Assembly: GCA_024636785.1 (NCBI GenBank)
Contig: JAGXGK010000025.1
Location: 19,476 to 83,475, forward strand
Direction of reading: 5' to 3'
Length of the DNA: 64,000 bases
Source: Gammaproteobacteria bacterium
GTDB taxonomy: Bacteria > Pseudomonadota > Gammaproteobacteria > SZUA-229
Both the position numbers and the translations under genes were made by a program. The notes beneath the pieces were generated by a model, which was given only the letters and a program-made list of their open reading frames with translations, made no database searches and was not told where the DNA came from. Positions 10,379 through 20,365 of the stretch are shown piece by piece; position 1 is the stretch's first letter, and every line of letters begins with the position of its first letter.

Positions 10379-10972
10379 TTAATCTTTAAGTTTTTTTGCG
10401 GTAGTAGCCACGCGGCGACCCAGTGCGAGGCAGAGTGCGCGCTCTTCCTGGCTGAGCACGTTGGGTTCGCTGTCACTGGTGACCCGGCTGGCGCCATAGG
10501 GTGTGCCGCCGGTGCGGGTACTGAGCAGTTCAGTCTGTGTGTAGGGCAGGCCGGTAATCAGCATGCCGTGGTGCAGCAAAGGCAGCATCATGGTGAGCAG
10601 GGTACTCTCCTGGCCGCCGTGCAGGCTCATGCTGCCGGAAAAAACGGCTGCGGGCTTATCCACCAGCTTGCCGCTCATCCACAGAGGAGTGGTGCTGTCG
10701 ATAAAGTATTTCATGGCCGCGGGCATATTGCCGAAGTGAGTCGGACAGCCCATGACCAGGCCATCACACTCTTCAAGATCCCTGAGGCTGGCGTAGAGCG
10801 GGCCGTCATCGGGAATGGCGTTCTCGATCTGCTCGGTATTGGCCGATACCGACGGTACGGTACGAATGCGCGCCTCCATGCCTTCAGCCTCCTCGATACC
10901 GTGGGCGATGACATTGGCCATTTCGGCGATGGTGCCGCCGGGGCTGTAGTATAAAACCAGTATTTCAGACAT
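10379..10972 (-). CDS. wrbA: NAD(P)H:quinone oxidoreductase WrbA (flavodoxin-like)
   Basis: ILVLYYSPGGTIAEMA, PTHFGNMPAAMKYFID and GGTPYGAS blocks align with WrbA. Confidence 0.88.
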   Translation of the reverse strand: MSEILVLYYSPGGTIAEMANVIAHGIEEAEGMEARIRTVPSVSANTEQIENAIPDDGPLYASLRDLEECDGLVMGCPTHFGNMPAAMKYFIDSTTPLWMSGKLVDKPAAVFSGSMSLHGGQESTLLTMMLPLLHHGMLITGLPYTQTELLSTRTGGTPYGASRVTSDSEPNVLSQEERALCLALGRRVATTAKKLKD

Positions 10973-11323
10973 TTAAAGTATATCCAGAATTTTTTCAGGG
11001 GGGCGGCCAATGGTGGCCTTGCCGTTGTGAATAACAATCGGGCGCTCGATGAGAATGGGGTTCTCGACCATGGCCTGAATCAGTGCATCACGGCTCAGGC
11101 TCTCATCAGCCAGATTCAGCGCTGTATAAGGGGCTTCCTGTTGGCGCATCAGATCGCGGGGCTCGAGCGAGAGCAGATCCAGAATTTCCCTGAGTTCGTC
11201 GACGCCGGGTGGCGCGCTCAAATATTCGACAATGTCCGCCTTAATACCCTTGCTTTCAAGCAGTTGCAGGCTGGAACGGCATTTTGAGCAGTTGCGATTC
11301 AGATAAATACGTGTTGAACTCAT
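10973..11323 (-). CDS. ArsC/Spx-family reductase (YffB-like)
   Basis: The internal start gives MSSTRIYLNRNCSKCRSS with the family's N-terminal Cys motif. The upstream extension of the ORF runs into repeat copy B. Confidence 0.7.
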   Translation of the reverse strand: MSSTRIYLNRNCSKCRSSLQLLESKGIKADIVEYLSAPPGVDELREILDLLSLEPRDLMRQQEAPYTALNLADESLSRDALIQAMVENPILIERPIVIHNGKATIGRPPEKILDIL

Positions 11324-11343
11324 GATTAACTCCTGAATTAAGC

Positions 11344-11423
11344 TAGGAGCCTGTCGGATTTGGGATGAATTGGCCGCTCTCCCGCTCCCTCGCTTCAATC
11401 CCCCTAAGCCCGACAGGCTCCTG
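11344..11423. repeat. palindromic intergenic repeat element, copy B (80 bp)
   Basis: Sequence runs TAGGAGCCTGTCGGATTTGGGATGAATTGG...CAATCCCCCTAAGCCCGACAGGCTCCTG. It lacks the ~25-bp central insert of copy A. Confidence 0.85.
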
Positions 11424-11579
11424 TAGAAGCTTACTGGAAGTGACACAGGGGGAAAAGCTAAATGTAAAATTTAGTCTCTAGTTTGCAGTAGGCGGTTACA
11501 TTCTCAAATTTTTGTGGCTATAATCGGTAGCCAATTGAGACGAACAACAATAAATTTTTTTTTAATACTGGAGTACTAC

Positions 11580-12236
11580 ATGATGCGAACAACAGCCATA
11601 CAAACAACAACACGACTGCTTTTTGCAGCCCTTTTAAGTCTGGGTCTGATGACAGGTTGCGCAACTACCGGCGAAACAGGACCCACTGCTGAAGAAGCCA
11701 TTGCAGCTGCCAAATCAGCGAATGCAGAAGCCAGGGCTCTGGGTTTTGAATGGAACACGACTCAAGGTCTTATTGATTCAGCCGAAAAAGCCCTCGCCGC
11801 AGGCAAAGAAGACGAAGCTAAATCTTTAGCCGATGAAGCCAGAAGACAGGCTGAGAATGCGATAGCACAAGGTATGCTTGCAGAAAAAGCGATGAACGAT
11901 GCTGCATTAGTCGGTGCTGAGTCAGATATGTCTGATAGCAAGCAGATGGACGCAGCGGCAGGTGTAACCAGTTACTCTGTTGTAGGCGGCGATAACTTGT
12001 GGAATATTTCAGGCAAAGAGCAGGTTTATGGTAATTCTTACCAGTGGCCACTGATTTACAAAAACAACCGAAACAAAATCAAGGATGCCGATCTGATCTA
12101 TCCCGGTCAGGTATTTGATATTGATCAAAACCCTTCATCTTCAGCAGTTGATGCAGCCGTTAACCATGCTAAAACACGTGGTGCATGGTCAGTGGGTGAT
12201 GCAGAAGAATCTGATCTAGATTATCTGGCGCGTTAA
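11580..12236 (+). CDS. LysM domain lipoprotein
   Basis: Lipobox LGLMTGC. C-terminal LysM block YSVVGGDNLWNISGK...YPGQVFDI. Confidence 0.75.
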   Translation: MMRTTAIQTTTRLLFAALLSLGLMTGCATTGETGPTAEEAIAAAKSANAEARALGFEWNTTQGLIDSAEKALAAGKEDEAKSLADEARRQAENAIAQGMLAEKAMNDAALVGAESDMSDSKQMDAAAGVTSYSVVGGDNLWNISGKEQVYGNSYQWPLIYKNNRNKIKDADLIYPGQVFDIDQNPSSSAVDAAVNHAKTRGAWSVGDAEESDLDYLAR

Positions 12237-12260
12237 TTTGATCCCGGATATGTGATTGAA

Positions 12261-12287
12261 AAAGGCTCGCTTGCGAGCCTTTTTTTT
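12261..12287 (+). terminator. rho-independent terminator
   Basis: GGCTCGC-TT-GCGAGCC stem followed by T8. Confidence 0.8.
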
Positions 12288-12376
12288 CGACCTGAAAATG
12301 TTGTATCCTGAAATAGTTCAATGAAAATCTATTTGCCCATTTCACAAACAACCGCTCGTTTATAGGAGTGTAATTG

Positions 12377-12661
12377 ATGTTATGCAAACGCTATTTGATT
12401 TCCGGGCAGGTGCAGGGCGTCTTTTACCGCAGCAGCGCGCAGCATCAGGCAAACCTGCACGGCCTGCGCGGCTGGGTGCGAAATTTGCGCGATGGTCGGG
12501 TCGAGCTGCTGGCCTGTGGCGATGAGACGGATCTCATTGAAATGGAAAAATGGCTACAAATAGGCCCGGAAGACGCAAAAGTGTCTAATATAGAACCAAT
12601 AGAAGAAACGCCGGAAACGATTCCCGATACTTTTGAAGTAAGACCAACCTCATCACTGTGA
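12377..12661 (+). CDS. acyP: acylphosphatase
   Basis: ISGQVQGVFYRSSAQHQANLHGLRGWVRNLRDGRVE matches the acylphosphatase signature. Confidence 0.88.
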   Translation: MLCKRYLISGQVQGVFYRSSAQHQANLHGLRGWVRNLRDGRVELLACGDETDLIEMEKWLQIGPEDAKVSNIEPIEETPETIPDTFEVRPTSSL

Positions 12662-12680
12662 CTGTCACAGAGCGAATATT

Positions 12681-14462
12681 ATGAATGCCGTGGTAAAAAA
12701 TACAATGAATCACAAACTGGACGTGCACGAAATTCTGACCTGGCTGGAACAGGATGGAATGGTGACAGCCGAAAATGCGCACATGCTGCGTATGCTGGCA
12801 GAAGGTAAGGCGTTCAAGGGCAAGCATCCGCTGGAAATTATTGCTGAACGAAACTGGGCGGATGAGAAAAAACCGCGCCACCTGACATTGGACACCTTAA
12901 CCGAGTGGTTCGCCGAGCGCGTGGGGCTGCCCTATTTAAGAATCGACCCCCTGAGCGTGGATGTCTCCGGCGTCACCGGGGTGATGTCTTTTGCCTATGC
13001 GGAGCGTTTTAATGTGCTGGTGGTCAAGGTGGAGCCGCACTTCATCACGGTGGCCACCGCTCAGCCTTTCGATCGTGACTGGGAGGGCGAACTCAGCCGT
13101 TTACAGAATAAGGAATTCAAACGGGTGATTGCCAGCCCGGAAGAGATTCGCCGTTATCGTATGGAGTTTTATACCGTATCGAAATCGGTGTTTGGCGCGC
13201 AGAATGACATGCAGCCGGGGCCGGGTAATCTACAGAATCTGGAATCGCTCATGGAGCTGGGACGTGTCGGCAAGCTGGATGCGAATGATCAGCACGTGGT
13301 CAATATTGTGGACTGGTTGCTGCAATACGCCTATGACCAGCGCGCCAGTGATATCCATCTGGAGCCGCGCCGTGAAATGAGTATCGTGCGTTTCCGCATT
13401 GATGGTGTGCTGCACGAGGTTTATCAGATACCGACGCCGGTGATGGCGGCGGTATCCAGCCGCATAAAAATTCTGGGGCGCATGGATGTTGCCGAAAAGC
13501 GCCGTCCTCAGGATGGCCGCATGAAAACCCGCAATCCGGACGGGCAGGAGATTGAGCTACGTCTGTCCACCATGCCTACCGCTTTTGGCGAGAAGCTGGT
13601 GATGCGTATTTTTGACCCCGAAGTACTGGTGCGTAATTTTCAGGAGCTGGGTTTCAGCAGCCGGGATGATGAGATGTGGCAGGCCATGATCCACCAGCCC
13701 AATGGCATCATTCTGGTCACCGGCCCGACGGGTTCGGGTAAAACCACCACGCTGTACTCGTCGCTCAAGCAGCTGGCCAAACCGGATGTAAACGTCTGCA
13801 CCATCGAAGACCCGATCGAGCTGGTCGAGCCCGCTTTTAACCAGATGCAGGTGCAGAAGAACATCAATCTGGATTTTTCCAGTGGGGTCAAGACCCTGCT
13901 GCGACAGGATCCGGATATCATCATGATCGGTGAGATTCGCGATATGGAGACTGCTGAAATGGCTATTCAGGCCGCACTCACCGGGCATCTGGTGCTGTCC
14001 ACGCTGCATACCAACGACGCGCCTTCGGCCATTTCCCGGCTGATGGATATCGGCGTCGCGCCCTACCTGATCCAGTCTTCGGTGATCGGGGTGATGGCGC
14101 AACGGCTGGTGCGAACCCTGTGTCCGCACTGCAAGCAGCCGGTTGAAATTGATGACGATGTCTGGCGTACACTGGTCGCGCCCTGGAAATCCAAAAAACC
14201 CGAGACCGCTCAAAAGCCGGTAGGCTGTCTGGAATGCCGCAACACGGGTTATCAGGGGCGTATCGGTATCTATGAGATGTTCACCTTCAGCAAGGCGATC
14301 AAAAAACTCATCACCGTGAACTGTGATGTTGGAGCCCTGCGCCAGCAGGTGCTCAAAGACGGCCTTATCCCCATGCGCCTTAGTGGCGCCAACAAGGTGG
14401 CGAGCGGTGTCACCACCATTGAAGAGGTGATGCGAGTCTCACCTCCACCCCTGGACAGCTGA
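12681..14462 (+). CDS. GspE/PilB-family secretion ATPase (orphan)
   Basis: Walker A GPTGSGKTT, Walker B DPDIIMIGEIRD, His box TGHLVLSTLHTND and tetracysteine CPHC...CLECRNTGY. No other T2SS/T4P genes nearby. Confidence 0.85.
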   Translation: MNAVVKNTMNHKLDVHEILTWLEQDGMVTAENAHMLRMLAEGKAFKGKHPLEIIAERNWADEKKPRHLTLDTLTEWFAERVGLPYLRIDPLSVDVSGVTGVMSFAYAERFNVLVVKVEPHFITVATAQPFDRDWEGELSRLQNKEFKRVIASPEEIRRYRMEFYTVSKSVFGAQNDMQPGPGNLQNLESLMELGRVGKLDANDQHVVNIVDWLLQYAYDQRASDIHLEPRREMSIVRFRIDGVLHEVYQIPTPVMAAVSSRIKILGRMDVAEKRRPQDGRMKTRNPDGQEIELRLSTMPTAFGEKLVMRIFDPEVLVRNFQELGFSSRDDEMWQAMIHQPNGIILVTGPTGSGKTTTLYSSLKQLAKPDVNVCTIEDPIELVEPAFNQMQVQKNINLDFSSGVKTLLRQDPDIIMIGEIRDMETAEMAIQAALTGHLVLSTLHTNDAPSAISRLMDIGVAPYLIQSSVIGVMAQRLVRTLCPHCKQPVEIDDDVWRTLVAPWKSKKPETAQKPVGCLECRNTGYQGRIGIYEMFTFSKAIKKLITVNCDVGALRQQVLKDGLIPMRLSGANKVASGVTTIEEVMRVSPPPLDS

Positions 14463-14561
14463 AACCGGTCGCCATCATCAAATAAAGGCATACAAAAAAC
14501 CTGATTTCTTCTTTATTAGCAAAAGGTTATAATTCAGCTCCAAATGAATATGGAGTTGATT

Positions 14562-14948
14562 ATGTCTTACTATTTCTCAAAAATTGTTGATGATTCCTTT
14601 GATGATGCGATTGAGCGTGTTACCGGTCTGCTGAGTGAAGAGGGTTTTGGTGTACTCACCACCATTGATGTCGCCGGCACATTGAAAAAGAAACTGGATG
14701 TGGATTTTCAGCGTTACACCATACTGGGCGCCTGTAATCCCGGCTATGCGCATAAAGCATTAAGCGCCGAAGATAAAATCGGCACCATGCTGCCGTGTAA
14801 TGTCATTGTTCAGGAAACCAAGGATGGCAAGACTGAGATCGCTGCGGTTGATCCGATGGCCTCGATGATGGCGATTGAGAACCCGGCTCTGGGTGCCATT
14901 GCCACTGAAGTTCGCGAAAAACTGAAAACCGTGATTGATCGTTTATAA
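14562..14948 (+). CDS. DUF302 domain protein
   Basis: ~128 aa whose sequence pattern (FGVLTTIDV...YTILGACNP) is typical of DUF302. GGAG lies 8 nt upstream of ATG 14562. Confidence 0.7.
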   Translation: MSYYFSKIVDDSFDDAIERVTGLLSEEGFGVLTTIDVAGTLKKKLDVDFQRYTILGACNPGYAHKALSAEDKIGTMLPCNVIVQETKDGKTEIAAVDPMASMMAIENPALGAIATEVREKLKTVIDRL

Positions 14949-15051
14949 GTCGGTCGCTTATAACGGCAGGGTCGCCGGATATTGTTGTGGCACTAAATAT
15001 CCCGGCGACCTGCTCAAATTTAATTTATATACATTCTTACCGGAAATAAAT

Positions 15052-15315
15052 ATGGCTCAACCAGAAATTACAATTTATTCAAGCAAATTTTGCGGCTTTT
15101 GTGTAGCGGCGGAAAGGCTGTTCAAGAGCAAAGACATTGAATATAAACTGATTAAGGTCGACGAAGATCCTTCCCAGTTTGAGCACATGGTAGAAATTAC
15201 CGGGCGTCGCACAGTGCCGCAAATATACATTGGTGAGCACCACGTCGGTGGCTTTGATGAGCTTTCAGCAATTAACCAAACGGGCGAATTAAAAGCTCTG
15301 CTTGAGTCTGAATAG
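15052..15315 (+). CDS. grxC: glutaredoxin (Grx3-like) with CGFC active site
   Basis: 87 aa with TVPQIYIGEHHVGGFDEL. The active-site position reads CGFC instead of CPYC. Confidence 0.85.
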   Translation: MAQPEITIYSSKFCGFCVAAERLFKSKDIEYKLIKVDEDPSQFEHMVEITGRRTVPQIYIGEHHVGGFDELSAINQTGELKALLESE

Positions 15316-15348
15316 CTCTAATCAGACATTAAAGCGCGGAGAAGATTA

Positions 15349-16776
15349 ATGAATTACCTGCCCATATTTGTTCAGATAAAACAACGTCCCTGTCTGGTGG
15401 TGGGCGGTGGTTCAATCGCTGCGCGCAAAGTCGCGCTGCTGCGAAAAGCGGAAGGCGACGTTACCGTGGTTTCGCCGGAACTGTGTGCTGAGCTGAGCGA
15501 GCTGGCTGCAACCGGCAAGATTCAGCATAAAGCCAAAACCTTTTCGCCCGAAGATATGGATGACAGCGTTATTGTCATCGCCGCAACCAATCAGCGCGAA
15601 GTTAATCAGCAGGTTTCAGCGCTGGCGCATGAGAAAAAACTGCCGGTGAATGTCGTCGATAATCCGGCGCTGTGCAGTTTTATCATGCCCTCAATGATCG
15701 ACCGCTCACCGGTGCAGATTGCCATTTCAACGGGCGGGGTTTCACCTGTACTGGCACGACTGATCCGCACCAAACTGGAAGGTACGATTCCCGCCGCCTA
15801 CGGCAGGCTGGGTGCGCTGGCTGAAAAATTCAGGGATAAAGTCAAAGCGGCGTTTCCCAATACCGAAGCCCGGCGTAGTTTCTGGGAAAGTATTCTGGAA
15901 GGGCGGGTTGCAGAACTGGTCTTTACCGGCCACGAAGATGAAGCCGGAGCCTTGCTGGATAAAGCCATTACCGAAAAATCCGCACAGCCTGAATTGCCGG
16001 GCGAAGTATTTCTGGTCGGTGCCGGTCCCGGTGATCCTGATCTGTTAACGTTTCGTGCACTGCGGTTAATGCAGCAGGCCGATGTGGTGGTATACGACCG
16101 GCTGGTATCGCCTGCGATTATGGAAATGGTGCGCCGTGACGCCGAGATTGTGTATGTTGGCAAAGAGCGTGACAAGCACATCATGCAGCAGGAAAATATT
16201 AACCAGTTATTAGTGCGCCTGGCCAAAGAGGGTAAACGGGTACTGCGTTTAAAAGGCGGCGACCCCTTCATTTTCGGTCGCGGCGGTGAAGAGATCGAAC
16301 TGCTGGCACAGGAAGGCGTGGCCTTTCAGATCGTACCCGGTATTACCGCCGCCAGCGGTTGCGCCTCTTATGCGGGCATCCCCTTAACCCATCGTGATTA
16401 CGCCCAGTCCTGTGTCTTTGTCACCGGTCATTTGAAAGATGGCTCAGTGGATCTCAACTGGAAAGCGCTGGCGCATCCTAATCAGACCGTGGTGTTTTAC
16501 ATGGGGCTGCACGGTGCACCGACCCTGTGCAAAGAGATGGTGGCGCATGGTTTGCCGGGCACCACCCCGGTCGCGCTGGTCGAGCAGGGCACGACCCCGC
16601 AGCAGCGTGTTTATATCGCCACGCTGGATACCTTGCTCGACACCATCAAGAGCGAGGATATCAAGCCACCGACGCTGATCATTGTCGGTGATGTTGTTAA
16701 TTTGCACGACAAGCTCAAATGGGTAAAAGAGCATCATAGCGAAGATAAAGACAGCGTGTTTGCATATAAAGGTTAA
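15349..16776 (+). CDS. cysG: siroheme synthase (precorrin-2 dehydrogenase/ferrochelatase + SUMT)
   Basis: 475 aa. N-terminal Rossmann VVGGGSIAARK and C-terminal SUMT blocks VGAGPGDPDLLT and LKGGDPFIFGRGGEE. Confidence 0.92.
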   Translation: MNYLPIFVQIKQRPCLVVGGGSIAARKVALLRKAEGDVTVVSPELCAELSELAATGKIQHKAKTFSPEDMDDSVIVIAATNQREVNQQVSALAHEKKLPVNVVDNPALCSFIMPSMIDRSPVQIAISTGGVSPVLARLIRTKLEGTIPAAYGRLGALAEKFRDKVKAAFPNTEARRSFWESILEGRVAELVFTGHEDEAGALLDKAITEKSAQPELPGEVFLVGAGPGDPDLLTFRALRLMQQADVVVYDRLVSPAIMEMVRRDAEIVYVGKERDKHIMQQENINQLLVRLAKEGKRVLRLKGGDPFIFGRGGEEIELLAQEGVAFQIVPGITAASGCASYAGIPLTHRDYAQSCVFVTGHLKDGSVDLNWKALAHPNQTVVFYMGLHGAPTLCKEMVAHGLPGTTPVALVEQGTTPQQRVYIATLDTLLDTIKSEDIKPPTLIIVGDVVNLHDKLKWVKEHHSEDKDSVFAYKG

Positions 16777-16804
16777 GTCTAAATTACATTCTTCCTTACT
16801 AAAT

Positions 16805-16840
16805 AAAACCGCGCAGTCAGTCATGGCCGCGCGGTTTTTT
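16805..16840 (+). terminator. rho-independent terminator
   Basis: CCGCGC...GCGCGG stem followed by T6, downstream of cysG. Confidence 0.75.
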
Positions 16841-17061
16841 ATGCTTAGAGCCGGGCGCAATCGCCTTCATCCAATTGTTTTTAAAGGGCTTTTTTCAAGA
16901 TGTTAGCTGTTATCATGAGCGGTGTATGCGCTGTATTATTTGTGCATTGAGTATTACCCGGCTGTGGTAACTTATTTATAATAGTACTTGACTGAGTGTT
17001 TCTGAAGGCTGCATCAGTGAGCTATTTGACCATTTTTCTATCCGGGGTGATTAGATCTGGC

Positions 17062-17676
17062 ATGAAAAAAATATCCCTGTTTTTGTTTTGGACGCTGTCT
17101 GCACAATGCCTGCTTAATGCCGCAGTGGCAGAGCAAAGTATTGTAGATTGCGACCCGATTGTTCATCTGGATGGGCAGGCAACAACCTTGCAAAAGGCTT
17201 TAAGTCAGCTGGCGGAGAAATACCATTTCGTGCTGACTTTTCCCGTGGATGCGGACCGGCTCGTGGAGCCGGTAGATTCAATGACATTGAGTCAGGCGGT
17301 GAAATATCTGACCGCCGAGGTCAATACAGTTTTGCAATATGAGAAAATTGAGGGCTGTGCAAAACCGCAACTGGTCTTACTGGAAGTGTTGCCGGTGGGT
17401 GAGGATACCGAATATGTCTATGTGAAACCGGTGGAAGAGTCGCCTGAACTTGTTCAGCCGCATATCCAGCCAGCGCCGGCACCGGCGCCCCATCAACCTC
17501 CTGCAGCTGAGCCGGTTCATATCGATGATATGGAGCTGTACGCCGAGGAGGTGCTTTTGAATAAACGTAAGATGGATGCCTCGCTTGCCCCCGAGCAGCG
17601 GCTGGAATTAAACCAGATGATGCAACAGGTCAGAGCGCGGCTGGAAGCCGAAGGCCTGCTGGAGCCAGGCAGATAA
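17062..17676 (+). CDS. hypothetical secreted protein with Pro/Ala-rich segment
   Basis: Signal peptide MKKISLFLFWTLSAQCLLNAAVA. PAPAPAPHQPPAAEP linker. No family recognised. Confidence 0.5.
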   Translation: MKKISLFLFWTLSAQCLLNAAVAEQSIVDCDPIVHLDGQATTLQKALSQLAEKYHFVLTFPVDADRLVEPVDSMTLSQAVKYLTAEVNTVLQYEKIEGCAKPQLVLLEVLPVGEDTEYVYVKPVEESPELVQPHIQPAPAPAPHQPPAAEPVHIDDMELYAEEVLLNKRKMDASLAPEQRLELNQMMQQVRARLEAEGLLEPGR

Positions 17677-17688
17677 ACGGGGCGGTTT

Positions 17689-18099
17689 TTATCCCGGGCT
17701 TTCTGTGCCCGGATGCTCGCCGTCGAGATAAACCCAGCGATCGTCACTTCGGCTAAATCGACTGATTTCATGTAACTGTAAAGCGCGACCATTGATTTTA
17801 TAGGTGGCGATAAATTCAACGCTGCCCTGTTCGTCATCGACGCACCCCTCTGCGGTATTCTTTATGCGCAACCGAATCCATTTTATCTTCGGATCGAATT
17901 CGATGTTCTCGGGTCGGGTCTTTTTGTGCCAGGTCTTTTTCAGATAAGACTCATTTCCATTTATATAGGCGCTGTATCTTGAACGCATTAACTGCTCGGC
18001 GGTTTCAGCATTGCTATCGCCGTTCAGGTATTTTTCACAGCATTGTGAAAAAGATTTTTCCGAGCCGCAGGGGCAGTTTTCGCGATGATAGATACTCAT
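17689..18099 (-). CDS. ychJ: YchJ family protein (SEC-C motif, UPF0225)
   Basis: N-terminal CPCGSEKSFSQCC motif and LMRSRYSAY block. Confidence 0.8.
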   Translation of the reverse strand: MSIYHRENCPCGSEKSFSQCCEKYLNGDSNAETAEQLMRSRYSAYINGNESYLKKTWHKKTRPENIEFDPKIKWIRLRIKNTAEGCVDDEQGSVEFIATYKINGRALQLHEISRFSRSDDRWVYLDGEHPGTESPG

Positions 18100-18243
18100 A
18101 AGCTGTGAATTATACGGTGGTTTCAGATATTCATGGCTTTTCTGAGGGCGTCGGAATTTTATATAAGTAAAATCATAAAGACGGGTGCTCGCCGGGTTAA
18201 TAAAGTAACGTGCTATTTCGAATTAGTTGAGTCGTTTCAAATA

Positions 18244-18281
18244 AAGAGAAAAAAGAAGCCCGGTCTAACCGGCTTCTTTGT
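18244..18281 (-). terminator. rho-independent terminator after napC
   Basis: AGAAGCC(C)GGT / ACCGGCTTCT stem followed by a T-run on the minus strand. Confidence 0.7.
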
Positions 18282-18306
18282 TTCTACAATATTTAAAGTC
18301 TGTTAT

Positions 18307-18939
18307 CTAATTACTGCCGATGACTCCGGTTGGATCAATCGAATGCATATCCGGCAATTCATGAGCGATACCCTTGTGACAGTCGATACAGGTCTTGCCT
18401 TCATCAAGCGCAGTTGAGTGCTGCCTGATCGCGCGTCGCCCCTGTGTGCCGAAGTCCATGAATTCAAAGTCATGACAGTTTCGACACTCTCGTGAATCTG
18501 TTTTTTTCATCGCCGTCCAGACATTGCCAGCAAGTTTGAGACGTTTGGCCTCAAACTTCTCGCGTGTGTCGATGGTGCCAAGCGCTTTGTGCAATAGCTC
18601 GTTACTGGCCTGTATCTTGCGCACGATTTTATGCTGCCACTCTTTCGGTACATGGCAGTCAGGGCAGGTGGCGCGAACACCGGTGCGATTGCTGTAATGA
18701 ATGGTTTGCTTGTACTCTTCATAGACATTGTCTTTCATTTCATGACACGAGATACAGAAATCTTCAGTATTGGTCATCTCCATCGCGGTGTTGAAACCAC
18801 CCCAGAAGATGATACCCGCGACAAAGCCGACGGTGAGCAGAGCGCCCAGTGAATATCGGAGAGAAGGCTTCTTCAATTTCTCCCATAAGCGGCAGATAAT
18901 ATTGCACTCGGTAGATTTGTTGCTATTCATAACGGACAT
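18307..18939 (-). CDS. napC: NapC tetrahaem quinol dehydrogenase (NapC/NirT family)
   Basis: N-terminal TM helix and four CXXCH motifs (CISCH, CPDCH, CRNCH, CIDCH). Last gene of the nap operon. Confidence 0.93.
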   Translation of the reverse strand: MSVMNSNKSTECNIICRLWEKLKKPSLRYSLGALLTVGFVAGIIFWGGFNTAMEMTNTEDFCISCHEMKDNVYEEYKQTIHYSNRTGVRATCPDCHVPKEWQHKIVRKIQASNELLHKALGTIDTREKFEAKRLKLAGNVWTAMKKTDSRECRNCHDFEFMDFGTQGRRAIRQHSTALDEGKTCIDCHKGIAHELPDMHSIDPTGVIGSN

Positions 18940-18965
18940 CCATAAACAGGTTGCTAATTGAGTTG

Positions 18966-19424
18966 TTATTCACCGGAAATCGCGGTTATCGGCTCAAATT
19001 CGTTTTCCACCAGCGCAGGTGCATTAACCTGGGGTACATGGCACTGTGTACAGAAATACCGACGTGCTGATACATTGGCCAGGACATGTTTATCTCTGTC
19101 CTCGAAATGGGTCTGGCTGATTTTTGTCGCGCCCGCTTCGCGGTAATTTTTCCAGCTGTGACAGGACATGCACTTATTGGATTTAAGATTGATTCTGTAA
19201 TTGTCGATTTTATGTGGAATCAGCGGGGGCTGTTGTACATAGTCGCGTGCAATGGGGCGACCATCTTTGGCGTATCTTTTATGCTCAGGTGCCGAGGAAG
19301 TGCGATCCAGTTCCGAAGCGCCGCGCAGTGATTCAATTTCAGCCGAGTGAGATTGCAGTGAAGTGGTAACTGCAAGCACGCCCAGCGTAATGGATGCGAT
19401 TATGGATAGTTTGTTGATCATCAT
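18966..19424 (-). CDS. napB: NapB dihaem cytochrome c subunit
   Basis: Signal peptide and two CXXCH motifs (CMSCH, CTQCH). 152 aa. Confidence 0.9.
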   Translation of the reverse strand: MMINKLSIIASITLGVLAVTTSLQSHSAEIESLRGASELDRTSSAPEHKRYAKDGRPIARDYVQQPPLIPHKIDNYRINLKSNKCMSCHSWKNYREAGATKISQTHFEDRDKHVLANVSARRYFCTQCHVPQVNAPALVENEFEPITAISGE

Positions 19425-20365
19425 AGGACCTCTGCTTCAGTAGCTTGATTGGTGTGTTCGTTAATAGGGTGTTTGTTTTCGTGTTTATTATTCTCAGCGG
19501 TGTCATCAGTGCTGTTATTAAAGCGTAAGCCGAAATGAAAAACCTGCTTACTACAGACATCGATGCAGCGACCACAATTTGTGCAGTTGGGCGATGTGAT
19601 CACCGGGCCGATACCCTTTTCAGCGCCTTTTAATGCGGGGCGTATCACCTGCTGCTCGGGACAGACCATAAAACAGTCCATGCAGTCATTGCACTGAGCA
19701 CGGGCATCTGCGCGAATCCGTAAAGGGCTGTGCGTACCCAGCAGGCTGTAGAAAGCACCGACCGGGCACAAATGACTGCACCAGCCGCGCCGGCTGATAA
19801 TAAAATCGAAAACAAAGACGGCGAGCAATACAATCCAGGCCATGCCCATGCTGAAGATAAGACCGCGATGCATCATTGAGACCGGGTTGACCGTTTCCCA
19901 TGCTATGTTGCTGACAGCGAAGGCCAGCAGAAGGGTGACCGCGAGCAGCCAGTAGCGGGTATTTTTTGAGATGTTTGATGCGCTCTTAATGCCAAGGCGC
20001 TCACGTAACCAGTGCGCCAGATCGGTAATCATATTGACCGGGCAGACCCATGAGCAATATACCCGGCCACTGACTAACAGATAAAACACCAGAATGATAA
20101 CCGCGCCGATAATGGCGGCTGTTTCCGGCAGATGGCCGGCGAACAGCGATTGCAGTAATACATAGGGATCGGTCAGTGGCAGCGTGTCCAGGGTCAGACT
20201 GGCGTTGAGGTTACCCTTGACGATCCAAAGGCCAAACCACGGCCCGAGCATAAATACAGTCAGGATCGACAGCTGACTAAAGCGCCGTACCAGTAGCCAC
20301 TTGTGAGCCACCAGCCAGCCTTTGCCCTGTACCGCTTCTGCACCGGGATAGCGGAGTGTTTTCAC
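19421..20365 (-). CDS. napH: NapH membrane Fe-S quinol dehydrogenase component
   Basis: Polytopic. CX3CP motifs (CSWVCP, CSHLCP) and two C-terminal 4Fe-4S motifs. Confidence 0.9.
   Translation of the reverse strand: MKTLRYPGAEAVQGKGWLVAHKWLLVRRFSQLSILTVFMLGPWFGLWIVKGNLNASLTLDTLPLTDPYVLLQSLFAGHLPETAAIIGAVIILVFYLLVSGRVYCSWVCPVNMITDLAHWLRERLGIKSASNISKNTRYWLLAVTLLLAFAVSNIAWETVNPVSMMHRGLIFSMGMAWIVLLAVFVFDFIISRRGWCSHLCPVGAFYSLLGTHSPLRIRADARAQCNDCMDCFMVCPEQQVIRPALKGAEKGIGPVITSPNCTNCGRCIDVCSKQVFHFGLRFNNSTDDTAENNKHENKHPINEHTNQATEAEVL

Noticed and set aside
16835-16850. Both the cysG and HCO terminators are followed by the same string TTTTTTATGCTTA (also at 31245-31258).
   Set aside because: The match is short, comes largely from the T-tract, and the flanks diverge. 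It is probably coincidence.
18133-18417. 94-aa plus-strand ORF between ychJ and napC.
   Set aside because: It runs across the nap terminator and into the napC 3' end in antisense. It has no RBS or motifs.
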